Shown here piece after piece: positions 15,305 through 24,377 of a stretch of 32,000 nucleotides of DNA. Under the pieces are notes generated by a model. The model worked only from the letters and a program-made list of their open reading frames with translations, was not told the DNA's origin and did no database searches. Position numbers and translations under genes: made by a program. How positions within the stretch are numbered: the stretch's first letter is position 1; each line of letters opens with the position of its first letter. Source of the DNA: Desulfocapsa sulfexigens DSM 10523 (lineage in GTDB: Bacteria; Desulfobacterota; Desulfobulbia; Desulfobulbales; Desulfocapsaceae); assembly GCF_000341395.1 (NCBI RefSeq), contig NC_020304.1:3450001-3482000 (forward strand), given 5' to 3'.

Positions 15305-16165
15305 ATGCTTTGGAAAAATGGTCGTAGAAGTTCCAACGTTGAAGATAGACGGAGAATACGAATACCCGGAGGAACCAAGAAGGGGGGTGGTATTGGCATA
15401 CTTGTACTCGCTCTGGTGGGGATGTATTTTGGCATAGATCCCGGCATCATTATGAATATGGCTGACGGTTTACAGCAGGGTTCCCCTTCTCAAACCAGTA
15501 CAGCACAGCCAAGTGCTGCAGAACAGGAACTTGCTGACTTTATTTCAGTTGTTCTGGCAGACACCGAAGACACCTGGACAAAGATATTTTCTGACAAGGG
15601 AGGAACCTACAGAGAGCCAAAACTTGTCCTTTTCAGTGGACAGGTTGAATCTGCCTGCGGTTTTGCCCAGGCTGCCATGGGCCCCTTCTACTGCCCTGCC
15701 GACCACCAGGTCTATATAGACTTATCCTTTTATCAGGATCTTAAAAATAAGCTCGATGCGCCAGGCGACTTTGCCCAGGCCTATGTTATTGCCCATGAGG
15801 TTGGGCACCATGTGCAGAAACTGGTCGGAATCAGCGACAAGGTTCAGGAGCTACGACCACAGATTTCCGCGAAGGAGTATAATAAACTTTCAGTCAAAGT
15901 TGAGCTTCAAGCCGACTGTTTTGCTGGTATCTGGGCTCACCACGCAGATAAGGTTCGTAATATCGTTGAGCCTGGAGATATCAAGGAAGCTCTGAATGCC
16001 GCCAGTCATATTGGTGATGACCGCCTCCAACAACAGTCTCGGGGATATATCACCCCCGACTCATTCACCCATGGTTCTTCATCCCAGAGGGTGCGCTGGT
16101 TTAAGACAGGCTACAGCGCAGGAACCATGGAAGCCTGCGACACATTCAGCAGCAGTAGTTTGTAA
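15305..16165 (+). CDS. ypfJ: YpfJ-family membrane-anchored neutral zinc metallopeptidase
   Basis: N-terminal RRSSNVEDRR plus a TM segment, ACGFAQAAMGPFYCPADHQVYIDLSFY, and the HExxH motif in YVIAHEVGHHVQ. The start lies 8 nt after the flhB-like stop. Confidence 0.85.
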   Translation: MLWKNGRRSSNVEDRRRIRIPGGTKKGGGIGILVLALVGMYFGIDPGIIMNMADGLQQGSPSQTSTAQPSAAEQELADFISVVLADTEDTWTKIFSDKGGTYREPKLVLFSGQVESACGFAQAAMGPFYCPADHQVYIDLSFYQDLKNKLDAPGDFAQAYVIAHEVGHHVQKLVGISDKVQELRPQISAKEYNKLSVKVELQADCFAGIWAHHADKVRNIVEPGDIKEALNAASHIGDDRLQQQSRGYITPDSFTHGSSSQRVRWFKTGYSAGTMEACDTFSSSSL

Positions 16166-16185
16166 AACAGATTTTCCGAATGACG

Positions 16186-16217
16186 TCCAGGACTCCCACC
16201 TGCACGGGAATCCTGGA
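16186..16217. terminator. Hairpin between convergent ypfJ and pepA (candidate bidirectional terminator)
   Basis: tccagga-c-tccc / ggga-a-tcctgga: 7 bp + one mismatch + 4 bp, with an 8-nt loop. Located between the stops at 16165 and 16226. No U-tract. Confidence 0.4.
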
Positions 16218-16225
16218 CAACCAGG

Positions 16226-17782
16226 TCAGGAAAGTTTCTTCCAGTTTCTAATGAACTCAACAAGGGTTCTGACCCCGGTTCCAGACGGACCCTTGGGAAT
16301 GTACGATTTTTCGGTAAAATCCCAGGCAGTCCCGGCAATATCAAGATGAGCCCATGGAGTGTCACCGACAAACTTCTCCAGATAGGCTGCAGCTGTGATG
16401 GTTCCGGCTGGACGTCCCCCGGTATTTTTAATATCCGCCACATCCGAATCTATCTGTTTCGAGTATTCAACGTCCAGAGGCAACTGCCAGAGTGGTTCTC
16501 CACATCGCTCACCGGCACCAATAATGCGGTCTATCACCTTCTGGTTATTACCTAAAATCCCTGTCCGGTGATGCCCAAGTCCTAAAATAACAGCACCGGT
16601 CAGTGTTGCCAGATCAATAACACAGGTGGGCTTAAATTTTTTAATACCATAGGCCAGCGCATCGGCAAGTATCAGTCTTCCTTCTGCGTCCGTATTGACG
16701 ATTTCAGAAGTTATCCCGCCAAAGTGACGTATAATATCTCCCGGTTTCAGCGCGCGGCTGCCACTCATATTATCGGTAGCAGGTACCATGGCTACCACAT
16801 TGATGTCAGGCTTTTCCTTACCCACAACGGCCATTGCAGAGAGCACAGCAGCACCTCCACACATATCATACTTCATATCCTCCATCCCGGATGCTGGTTT
16901 CAGGCTTACTCCACCGGAATCAAAGGTAAGCCCTTTGCCGACAAGGAGGATGGTCTCGGCCCCTTTTTTCGGGGATGTATATTCGAGGATTACCAGTTTA
17001 GGCGGTTCTGCGGAGCCCTGATTGACAGCAAGTAAACCTCCCATTGCTAAACGTTGCATACTGTTCTTTCCAAGAACCGTACACTTCATTTTATATTCTT
17101 TGGCAAGGGCTTTTCCATAGGCTGCGAAATGACTGGCTGTCCATCCGTTGCCGGGTTCGTTTGCCATGTCCCGTGCAGTACAGGCAGCATTTGCAGACGC
17201 ATGGGCTTTAGACATACCACGACGCATCCCGCTGATTCCGGACGCGGAATAGAGTGAAAGCTGTTCTATCCCTTTGAACACCTCTTTTTTCCCCTTTTCA
17301 GGAGCTGCTTTATACTTTACAAAACGATAGTCACCCAGCAATATCCCTTCAACCAGGCACTGGGTTACATTTTCAACGGTCAATCCCTTGATTTCAGGCA
17401 GATTAAGACAGAGCCGTGTACTCTTCGCTCCTTTGGCCCTGGCGGCAATCAGTCCACCGGTTTTTCGGCATATTTCCCGTAATTCAGCAGCATTCTTTCC
17501 TTTCAACTGCCCAAGACTCAGGAATAACAGACGTCTCGGTGAATCATCTCCTTGCTCCTCAACCTGCGGATAGACAAGAAGTGAATCGCCCTGTTCACCG
17601 GTAAAATCCCCAAACTTGATTGCATTCTTTAATTCTCTTGAGGATGGAACGGTATCGGTAATTACCTTGTCTTTGCTGTCCAATTCGAGACAATAAACAA
17701 GCATATCACCATTGAAGGTTTCCGGGTTTTTGCTTCTACGAATAAGTTTTGTTGATATCACTGTAATTTCTCCATTTAGCAC
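16226..17782 (-). CDS. pepA: Leucyl aminopeptidase (M17 family)
   Basis: NTDAEGRLILADAL is the M17 signature. VGKGLTFDSGG and DMKYDMCGGAA are metal-site blocks. GTG start at 17782. Confidence 0.95.
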   Translation of the reverse strand: MLNGEITVISTKLIRRSKNPETFNGDMLVYCLELDSKDKVITDTVPSSRELKNAIKFGDFTGEQGDSLLVYPQVEEQGDDSPRRLLFLSLGQLKGKNAAELREICRKTGGLIAARAKGAKSTRLCLNLPEIKGLTVENVTQCLVEGILLGDYRFVKYKAAPEKGKKEVFKGIEQLSLYSASGISGMRRGMSKAHASANAACTARDMANEPGNGWTASHFAAYGKALAKEYKMKCTVLGKNSMQRLAMGGLLAVNQGSAEPPKLVILEYTSPKKGAETILLVGKGLTFDSGGVSLKPASGMEDMKYDMCGGAAVLSAMAVVGKEKPDINVVAMVPATDNMSGSRALKPGDIIRHFGGITSEIVNTDAEGRLILADALAYGIKKFKPTCVIDLATLTGAVILGLGHHRTGILGNNQKVIDRIIGAGERCGEPLWQLPLDVEYSKQIDSDVADIKNTGGRPAGTITAAAYLEKFVGDTPWAHLDIAGTAWDFTEKSYIPKGPSGTGVRTLVEFIRNWKKLS

Positions 17783-17822
17783 ATTTTTTCTTGACTAATA
17801 ACTATAGTGCTTTCACATCTGT

Positions 17823-17851
17823 TTGGCAAAGAAGTTAAAGCCTTGTATACT
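17823..17851 (+). promoter_or_regulatory. Sigma70-like promoter candidate for the CNNM/DUF21 gene
   Basis: TTGGCA (17823-17828) - 17 nt - TATACT (17846-17851), about 50 nt upstream of the start at 17902. Confidence 0.3.
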
Positions 17852-17901
17852 GATAACTGAAAAAAAACACGGATCTTCCTTGTCCGACAACAATACATCT
17901 T

Positions 17902-18969
17902 TTGGAGCATATCTTGACAAGCACACTTATCGTAACTGTTTTTTTAGCCGTTGCTGTTTCTGCCTTCTGTTCTATTCTGGAAGCGGTTCTTTATTCAATT
18001 TCAACAAGTCAGGTTGAGATGCTGAAGAAGCAGGGGCATAAATCAGGCCCTATTCTCCAGGAGCTCCGAGAAGATATTGATGAACCGATCACTGCCATTC
18101 TCACCCTGAATACCATAGCCAACACTCTCGGGGCCGCTGTCGCTGGAGCCGCTGCTGCCGTTGTCTTTGGTGAAGAAAATCTTTTCCTGTTTTCAGCTGT
18201 CTTCACTCTTATTATCCTGCTCTTCTCAGAAATACTTCCTAAGACATTCGGTGTCAGCTACACGGTGCTGCTTGCCCCCTATATTGCCCTTCCTCTTCGC
18301 TGGATGGTCATTATTCTGAAACCCATCATTCGGCTTTGCCAACTGATGACAAAAGTCATCCCGCAGGCCGAAAACAATGATACAATTTCCGCTGAAGAAC
18401 TTCAGGCCATTGCCGCCCTGTCCAAGCAATCTGGAGAAATAGGCGCAGATCAGGAACGGGTAATTTTTAATATTTTAGAGCTTGGTAATCGCGTTGTGCG
18501 TGATGTTATGACCCCACGTACCGTTACCTTTTCTCTCGATGAAACAATGACTGTGGCAGATGTTATGGCTAATGAAGCCAGACTTTCAAGCCACAGCCGA
18601 ATCCCCGTCTACAAGAATGAACCTGACAATGTAAGCGGTATCATCATGCGCCGTGATGTCCTGCGAGCAGTTGCTGAACAGCGCAACGATACTAAACTTT
18701 CTGAACTGACGACCCAGGTTCATTTTGTAGCGGAAATGTCTCCTTTAAATCATATTCTCGTCGAATTCTTTGAGATTCATCAACATCTCTTTGTGGTGGT
18801 TGATGAGTATGGTGCCGTAACAGGTGTTATTTCAATGGAGGACGTTCTTGAAGAAATCGTTGGTCGAGAAATTGTCGATGAATCAGATAAAACGCATGAT
18901 ATGCGAGAACTCGCTAGGAAATTAAACAGAAAAATCCCTGGAAAGCTCAAAAAAAATGCTAGTCACTAA
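17902..18969 (+). CDS. CNNM/CorB-type DUF21 + CBS-pair membrane protein (putative Mg2+/divalent cation efflux; hemolysin-like), lacking the CorC_HlyC C-terminal domain
   Basis: N-terminal TM region with EAVLYSISTSQVEMLKKQG...ITAILTLNTIANTLGA (DUF21 pattern). Two CBS motifs follow (VRDVMTPRT...; ...VVVDEYGAVTGVISMEDVLEEIVG). The protein ends about 25 aa after CBS2. The TTG start in the track is uncertain. Confidence 0.8.
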   Translation: MEHILTSTLIVTVFLAVAVSAFCSILEAVLYSISTSQVEMLKKQGHKSGPILQELREDIDEPITAILTLNTIANTLGAAVAGAAAAVVFGEENLFLFSAVFTLIILLFSEILPKTFGVSYTVLLAPYIALPLRWMVIILKPIIRLCQLMTKVIPQAENNDTISAEELQAIAALSKQSGEIGADQERVIFNILELGNRVVRDVMTPRTVTFSLDETMTVADVMANEARLSSHSRIPVYKNEPDNVSGIIMRRDVLRAVAEQRNDTKLSELTTQVHFVAEMSPLNHILVEFFEIHQHLFVVVDEYGAVTGVISMEDVLEEIVGREIVDESDKTHDMRELARKLNRKIPGKLKKNASH

Positions 18970-20071
18970 GGACCGAAAGGCGTAATCTGAGATCAATGGA
19001 CTTCCCATCACGAAGAATAGTAACAACAACTTCGTCGCCCACGGCATGGCGTTCAAGTTCAGTTCTTATATCATCGTAGGATTGCACTTTTTTCCCACCT
19101 ATATCAGTAATAATATCGCCCAATACTACTTCATTACCATACTGTTTTGTGGGACGGATTCCCGCCTGATGTGCAGGCCCTCCCTGTTCAACCCCAAGTA
19201 CAAGCACTCCATCTATTCCCAGGCGTTTGACAAGACGTGCATCAGCAAGAGATGCACCAATTCCCGGCCGGACCAGTCTTCCCTTACTGATCAACTGAGG
19301 AACAACCCGGTTCACCTCACTGACAGGCACGGCAAAACCAATCCCGGCATAAGCTCCGGATGGTGAAAAAATGGCAGTATTGACGCCAATAAGACGTCCT
19401 GCACTATCAAGAAGAGGGCCTCCTGAATTTCCTGGATTGATGGCGGCGTCTGTCTGAATCATATCACGGATTGTTCTACCGGTGATCGCTTTGATTTCAC
19501 GGCCAAGGGCGGATATAATCCCTGATGTGATGGTTTGATCCAGGCCGAAGGGATTGCCGACGGCAAAAACTTTTTGACCTACCTGAAGATCGGTTGATTC
19601 GCCAACGGGAATGGGACGTAACAAATGGGCCGGAGCATCAATCTGCAACACAGCTAGATCCTTATCGGGAGCAGCTCCGATAAGAACTGCCTTCCAGGTG
19701 CTGTGACCAGCCATGGTAACCTCAATCCGATTGGCATCGCTTATTACATGATAGTTGGTGACCACCCTGCCACTCCCATCCCATATAAATCCAGATCCTG
19801 TACCCTGTGGGATCTCAACAGCATTCAATGAAAACATGTTTCTCCGAACCGCAATGGTCGTAATATAGACAACGGAAGGAGAAATATTTTTAAAGAGTTC
19901 TATGGTGTTTTTTTCATCTTCGGCAAGATCACCGCGGGCTGTCACGGCACGCGGCTCAGCGGCAGGGCGAAAAACTCTGTTTTGAATTGGTTGAAAGAGC
20001 AGCCAGAGTCCAACAAGAATAAGGACAAGAATAGCAAGCGGTGAAACTTTTCCGGATGAAGATTTAAGCAT
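18959..20071 (-). CDS. HtrA/DegP-family (S1C) serine protease with one PDZ domain and an N-terminal membrane anchor
   Basis: Catalytic blocks TNYHVI (His), DLAVLQID (Asp) and GNSGGPLLD (Ser). C-terminal PDZ-like region. Its 3' end overlaps the convergent CNNM gene by 11 nt. Confidence 0.9.
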   Translation of the reverse strand: MLKSSSGKVSPLAILVLILVGLWLLFQPIQNRVFRPAAEPRAVTARGDLAEDEKNTIELFKNISPSVVYITTIAVRRNMFSLNAVEIPQGTGSGFIWDGSGRVVTNYHVISDANRIEVTMAGHSTWKAVLIGAAPDKDLAVLQIDAPAHLLRPIPVGESTDLQVGQKVFAVGNPFGLDQTITSGIISALGREIKAITGRTIRDMIQTDAAINPGNSGGPLLDSAGRLIGVNTAIFSPSGAYAGIGFAVPVSEVNRVVPQLISKGRLVRPGIGASLADARLVKRLGIDGVLVLGVEQGGPAHQAGIRPTKQYGNEVVLGDIITDIGGKKVQSYDDIRTELERHAVGDEVVVTILRDGKSIDLRLRLSVLSD

Positions 20072-20090
20072 AATAACTAGTTACTACAAT

Positions 20091-21485
20091 TCAAAGATTC
20101 AGGAAAAATTTAGCAATCATAAAATAACCGAGAACTCCAAGTATATCAATTGCTGTGGTTACAAAAGGACCTGTGGCAATGGCAGCGTCAATATCAAAAC
20201 GTTTTAAAATAAGTGGAATAACAGTACCAATTGTTGCAGCCATGGCCATAGAAAAGAATATTGAAAGTCCTACAACCAGGCCAAGAAGTTTTGGTTCCGC
20301 ATATCCAAAATAGGCGAGTACCCCTAAGAAACCACCATAAAGGATCCCCAGAATAACACCCACTCGCATCTCTTTAAAAATTATTTTATGGAAATCTTCC
20401 ATATTAATGCGGCCTGTGGCGATGCCGCGGACAACGATGGTGGAGGACTGGGTTGCAATATTGCCGCCCATTCCCATGATAATGGGGATAAAGGCTGCGA
20501 GTGCAAGAACCTTGGTAAGCTCTTCTTCAAAGGCGCCAATAATGAACAATGCCATAACACCTCCGATCCAGGAAGCAAATAACCAGGGAGCACGAAGAAC
20601 GACATTTTCCGAAGTGGATTTTAGAAGAATTTCTCTATCTTTACCGGCACCGGCCATCTGTAAAAAAGCCTCGGTGGCTTCTTCCCGCATAACATCAATA
20701 ATATCATCCACTGTTACGATACCAACAAGCGTGTAGCTTGCATCGACAACAGGAACCGCGAGGAGATTATACTGGGAGATCACATGGGCAACTTCTTCCC
20801 TGTCGGTATCAGTACTTACTGACAACACATTCTTCTTCATGATATTTTTCAGTTGCCTGTGGGGCGGATTGGTAAGAAGTTCACGAAGTGAAACAACACC
20901 GGCAAGTTTACCATCGCCGAAGGTTATGTAGAGATAAAAGACCATCTCTTTTTCTTCACTTCTTTTCTGTACCTTGGCAATAGCTTCACCAACGCTTAAC
21001 TCCTCATCCAGATACATAAAATCTGGAGACATCAGGCCACCCGCACTTTCTGGATGATACTGAAGCAGTTCATCAACCTCTTCCCGATCAGCCTGTTCCA
21101 TTTGAGAGCGTATTTCAGCCCCAAAATCATCGTCCAATGCTTCTATAATATCAGCAGCATCATCCGAAGCCATCTCACTGATAACGTCGGCCATGAATTT
21201 CGGGCTGAGATTTTCAACAAGAGGCACCATGACTGATTCATCAAGTTCACTTATAAAATCACCCACCTGATCGGTCTGGGCCAGAATATCAAAGACTTCC
21301 TTGCGCTCAAGTTCCGAGAGATGTCTGAACACCCAGGCTGTATCAGCAGGATGGGTCTTAGTGATAAGTTTCAGGAGGTTTTCTGTGGCACCACGACGAT
21401 TCAATCTGCGGATCATATCGAGCAGCAGTTTCCCCTCGGTACCAATAAGTTCTTTTTTTTCGTTTTTTTCCATTACTATCACCAT
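20091..21485 (-). CDS. mgtE: Magnesium transporter MgtE
   Basis: MgtE N-domain, CBS pair (VGIVTVDDIIDVM) and TM domain with MGMGGNIATQSSTIVVRGIATG. An alternative start is ATG 21473 (MEKNEKK), which has GGTGA 5 nt upstream. Confidence 0.93.
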   Translation of the reverse strand: MVIVMEKNEKKELIGTEGKLLLDMIRRLNRRGATENLLKLITKTHPADTAWVFRHLSELERKEVFDILAQTDQVGDFISELDESVMVPLVENLSPKFMADVISEMASDDAADIIEALDDDFGAEIRSQMEQADREEVDELLQYHPESAGGLMSPDFMYLDEELSVGEAIAKVQKRSEEKEMVFYLYITFGDGKLAGVVSLRELLTNPPHRQLKNIMKKNVLSVSTDTDREEVAHVISQYNLLAVPVVDASYTLVGIVTVDDIIDVMREEATEAFLQMAGAGKDREILLKSTSENVVLRAPWLFASWIGGVMALFIIGAFEEELTKVLALAAFIPIIMGMGGNIATQSSTIVVRGIATGRINMEDFHKIIFKEMRVGVILGILYGGFLGVLAYFGYAEPKLLGLVVGLSIFFSMAMAATIGTVIPLILKRFDIDAAIATGPFVTTAIDILGVLGYFMIAKFFLNL

Positions 21486-21551
21486 GTTAACAATAGCCTT
21501 AAAGAGCTATGCCGGGTTCAAGGCCTTGACTTACATCCAGATGAACGTTAC

Positions 21552-22859
21552 ATGATACATCCAGTATACCAATTCCGTCAATTTGATTTAGCCATTTCTC
21601 TTATTTTCCAGACTTTACCCATGTGTGAAATTTCCAGAACAGAAAATCCGAGCCACCGTGACATTGAAAATCTCTTTGCTCAGGCCTGTCAACTCCACCA
21701 AGACGGCAAGTTGGAAAAGGCTCTTAAGCTTTACAGACAACTCTTAAAAAAACTTCCTGGCTTATCATTACTTCACTTTAACTGCGGTCTGGTTCTCTTT
21801 GAACTCGGGTTGTTTCAGGACGCTGAAAACCATTACCGGAAAGCTGCAGGTTTGCAGGAAGACGATCCCGATATTCATTACAATCGTGGGCTTAACTTTA
21901 GAAGGTTATATAAGTTTTCAGAAGCTGCACAGTCTTTTGGATATGCCATCAAAGCAGGTGACACAACGGTTGACACATTCTACAACCTTGCACTCTGCCA
22001 CCAGGATATGGAAGATTATGCAGTAGCAGAGCGCTTGTATATGCGTATTCTTAAAGAAACACCAGACCACCTCTCAAGCCTCAACAATTACGCCTATCTC
22101 TGTCATAAATCAGGAAACATTAAAAAGGCAGAGCAACTCTACAGGCAACTGTTGTTGTATAACCCGCAGCATCAAGGCGCAAAACACATGCTTGACTCAC
22201 TCTCAGGAGAAACCCCTGACACGGCCCCACTGGAGTACGTGGAAGCTGTTTTTGACAATTATGCAACCGAATTTGAACAGAGTTTAATTGACAATCTTGA
22301 GTATAGAACCCCTACAACCTTACACACCCTTTACAACAATTTATTCCCAGACTCTTCAAGGATTCTTGCCCTTGATCTCGGGTGCGGAACCGGGTTGGCA
22401 GGACAGGAGTTTAACGATTGCTGCAGGGAAATTATCGGTGTTGATATCTCAGAAAAAATGCTGCATGTTGCGGCTGAGAAAAAGATATACAAAAAACTGA
22501 TCAAAGACGACATCCTTCACTTTCTCCAAAACAGCAGTGACGTCTTTGACTTGATTGTGGCAGTCGATGTCTTCACATATATGGGGTGTCTTGAACAGGT
22601 TTTCGCATCATGTTCGGACAGCAGTAGTGATAAGGGCCTCTTTCTTTTTTCGGTGGAAGTTTCACACAGTGAAACTTTTGAACTGAAGACAACAGGACGT
22701 TTTGGACACTCCCACGACTATATCAATATGGTATCCCAAAAAACAGGCTGGACTATTCTGAAAAGTGTCCATAGCAGATTAAGAAAGGATGGAGGAGAGT
22801 GGATAGAAGGATTTATTTTTATTCTCGAAAAACACGCAGATCCGCCAGGAAAATTCTAA
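21552..22859 (+). CDS. TPR-repeat + class I SAM-dependent methyltransferase (COG4976-like)
   Basis: TPR-like repeats (LEKALKLYRQLLKKLP, AENHYRKAAGL, AERLYMRILKETP, AEQLYRQLLLYNP) followed by ILALDLGCGTGLAGQEF...IIGVDISEKML (SAM motif I and post-I). The track start at 21321 overlaps mgtE and is rejected. Start 21552 or 21621; neither has a good SD. Confidence 0.75.
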   Translation: MIHPVYQFRQFDLAISLIFQTLPMCEISRTENPSHRDIENLFAQACQLHQDGKLEKALKLYRQLLKKLPGLSLLHFNCGLVLFELGLFQDAENHYRKAAGLQEDDPDIHYNRGLNFRRLYKFSEAAQSFGYAIKAGDTTVDTFYNLALCHQDMEDYAVAERLYMRILKETPDHLSSLNNYAYLCHKSGNIKKAEQLYRQLLLYNPQHQGAKHMLDSLSGETPDTAPLEYVEAVFDNYATEFEQSLIDNLEYRTPTTLHTLYNNLFPDSSRILALDLGCGTGLAGQEFNDCCREIIGVDISEKMLHVAAEKKIYKKLIKDDILHFLQNSSDVFDLIVAVDVFTYMGCLEQVFASCSDSSSDKGLFLFSVEVSHSETFELKTTGRFGHSHDYINMVSQKTGWTILKSVHSRLRKDGGEWIEGFIFILEKHADPPGKF

Positions 22860-22917
22860 CAACAGAAAAAGGTCAAAAATCGATATCAACGCAGTCTTCA
22901 AAAAACTTCCCAAGGTT

Positions 22918-23115
22918 CTAAAAGTAGCCGCTACGCTGTACAAACCAGCAGATCAGCAAGCCTGAAGACATTGAAAAAAGACCCAGTATGCGAAGATGTT
23001 CTGCCTTCATCTCACTTATTTTTTTCAACCATTCACGCATGGATTCCGGGGATGCAACATAGGGTATACCTTCTACTATTAAGACCATGCCTACCAATAA
23101 AATTAAAATTTTCAT
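22918..23115 (-). CDS. DUF2065-family small membrane protein
   Basis: 65 aa with two TM segments. LIVEGIPYVASPESMREWLKKISEMKAEHLRILGL fits the DUF2065 pattern as I recall it. Confidence 0.6.
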   Translation of the reverse strand: MKILILLVGMVLIVEGIPYVASPESMREWLKKISEMKAEHLRILGLFSMSSGLLICWFVQRSGYF

Positions 23116-23183
23116 AACTATTTCCCATGCAATTTGATATCATCAGCAAATGACAAGATGCTCCTAGATGGTTTGGAGATTCC

Positions 23184-23212
23184 TTGCAATTTCACAAAAC
23201 TCTTACTAATAT
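23184..23212 (+). promoter_or_regulatory. Sigma70-like promoter candidate for purM
   Basis: TTGCAA (23184-23189) - 17 nt - TAATAT (23207-23212), 45 nt upstream of the purM ATG. Confidence 0.35.
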
Positions 23213-23257
23213 GCATAAGTTTTCTCAATCCTTAACGATAACTAATATAATAGAAAA

Positions 23258-24322
23258 ATGAGCGACGTAAAACAATCTAAATACAGTGAAGCCGGAGTCG
23301 ATATTGACAAGGGCAATGCATTTGTTCATGGAATTAAAGACATTGTCAAATCAACGCATCAGCGCGGTGTTTTAAACGATATAGGTGGTTTTTCAAGCCT
23401 TTTTGCCATAGACACTGACAAATATAAACAGCCAGTGCTGGTAACCTCAACCGACGGTGTCGGTACAAAACTTGAGATTGCCAAGCGATGCAATAAGCAC
23501 GACACCATAGGCATTGACCTTGTCGCAATGTGCGTGAATGACATCATCGTTGGTGGCGCCAAGCCCCTCTGTTTCCTTGACTATTACTCAGTAGGAAAAC
23601 TCGAACTTGACGTTGCCACCGAAGTCGTAAGAGGTATTGCTGAAGGCTGCATCCAGTCTCAGTGCTCCCTCGTTGGTGGAGAGACTGCCGAGATGCCAGG
23701 TCTTTACAAGGCAGGAGACTACGACCTCGCAGGATTTGTTGTGGGAATTGGTGACCGTGACAAATTGATCGATGGTTCTGAGATACGGGTTGGCAACAAA
23801 ATAATCGGACTCAGATCATCCGGTCTTCACTCCAATGGTTTCTCCCTGGTTCGTAAAATATGCTTTAGCGACAATGATTTCAGCGTGGATCAGTACATGG
23901 AAGAACTCGGCTGCACCCTTGGCGAAGAACTTCTCAAGCCAACTAAAATCTATGTTCAGTCGGTTCTTGGAGTACTCAAAAGCTTTAAACTAAACGGTAT
24001 CGTTCACAACACGGGTGGTGGTTTTATAGACAACATTCCACGAATACTGCCTGCAGGGTGCAAAGCTGACATCAACTGCGGATGCTGGCAACCACAACCC
24101 ATCTTCGATTTCCTGGCGGAGAATGGTAAGGTTCCGAAAGAGGAAATGTACCGTACTTTTAATATGGGTATCGGCCTAATGATTGCTGTGGATGATGATG
24201 CCGTGGAAGAAATCATTCTTCGCTTCCAGGCCCATGGTGAAGAGGCCTTTGTTATTGGTGATATCACAGCTTTAAAAGAGGGTGATGAACAGGTTAACCT
24301 GACTTTTGAAAGACGCAAGTAG
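23258..24322 (+). CDS. purM: Phosphoribosylformylglycinamidine cyclo-ligase (AIR synthetase)
   Basis: YSEAGVDIDKGNAFV, IGGFSSLF, PVLVTSTDGVGTKLEIA and HDTIGIDLVAMCVNDIIVGGAKPLCFLDY are canonical PurM blocks. Confidence 0.96.
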   Translation: MSDVKQSKYSEAGVDIDKGNAFVHGIKDIVKSTHQRGVLNDIGGFSSLFAIDTDKYKQPVLVTSTDGVGTKLEIAKRCNKHDTIGIDLVAMCVNDIIVGGAKPLCFLDYYSVGKLELDVATEVVRGIAEGCIQSQCSLVGGETAEMPGLYKAGDYDLAGFVVGIGDRDKLIDGSEIRVGNKIIGLRSSGLHSNGFSLVRKICFSDNDFSVDQYMEELGCTLGEELLKPTKIYVQSVLGVLKSFKLNGIVHNTGGGFIDNIPRILPAGCKADINCGCWQPQPIFDFLAENGKVPKEEMYRTFNMGIGLMIAVDDDAVEEIILRFQAHGEEAFVIGDITALKEGDEQVNLTFERRK

Positions 24323-24377
24323 AGACAAAAAACGTGTGTAACCTTCCGAACTGCCTCAGATAAGCTGTCGCTCGCGG

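Noticed and set aside
15996-16443. ORFs 15996..16349 (+) and 16111..16443 (-)
   Set aside because: They overlap the well-supported ypfJ and pepA genes in alternative frames or strands. Their sequences are Pro/Gly/Ser-rich with no motifs.
21518-21529. Perfect 12-bp palindrome TCAAGGCCTTGA in the mgtE / methyltransferase divergent region; also a search for an M-box riboswitch upstream of mgtE
   Set aside because: Several 12-bp perfect palindromes are expected by chance in 32 kb. The spacer of about 70-135 nt shows no M-box-like conserved segments that I can recognise.
21321-21551. Upstream 77 codons of the TPR-methyltransferase ORF as given in the track
   Set aside because: This part overlaps the 5' end of mgtE on the opposite strand and translates to non-protein-like sequence (FFFFVFFHYYHH). 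The real start is more likely 21552 or 21621.
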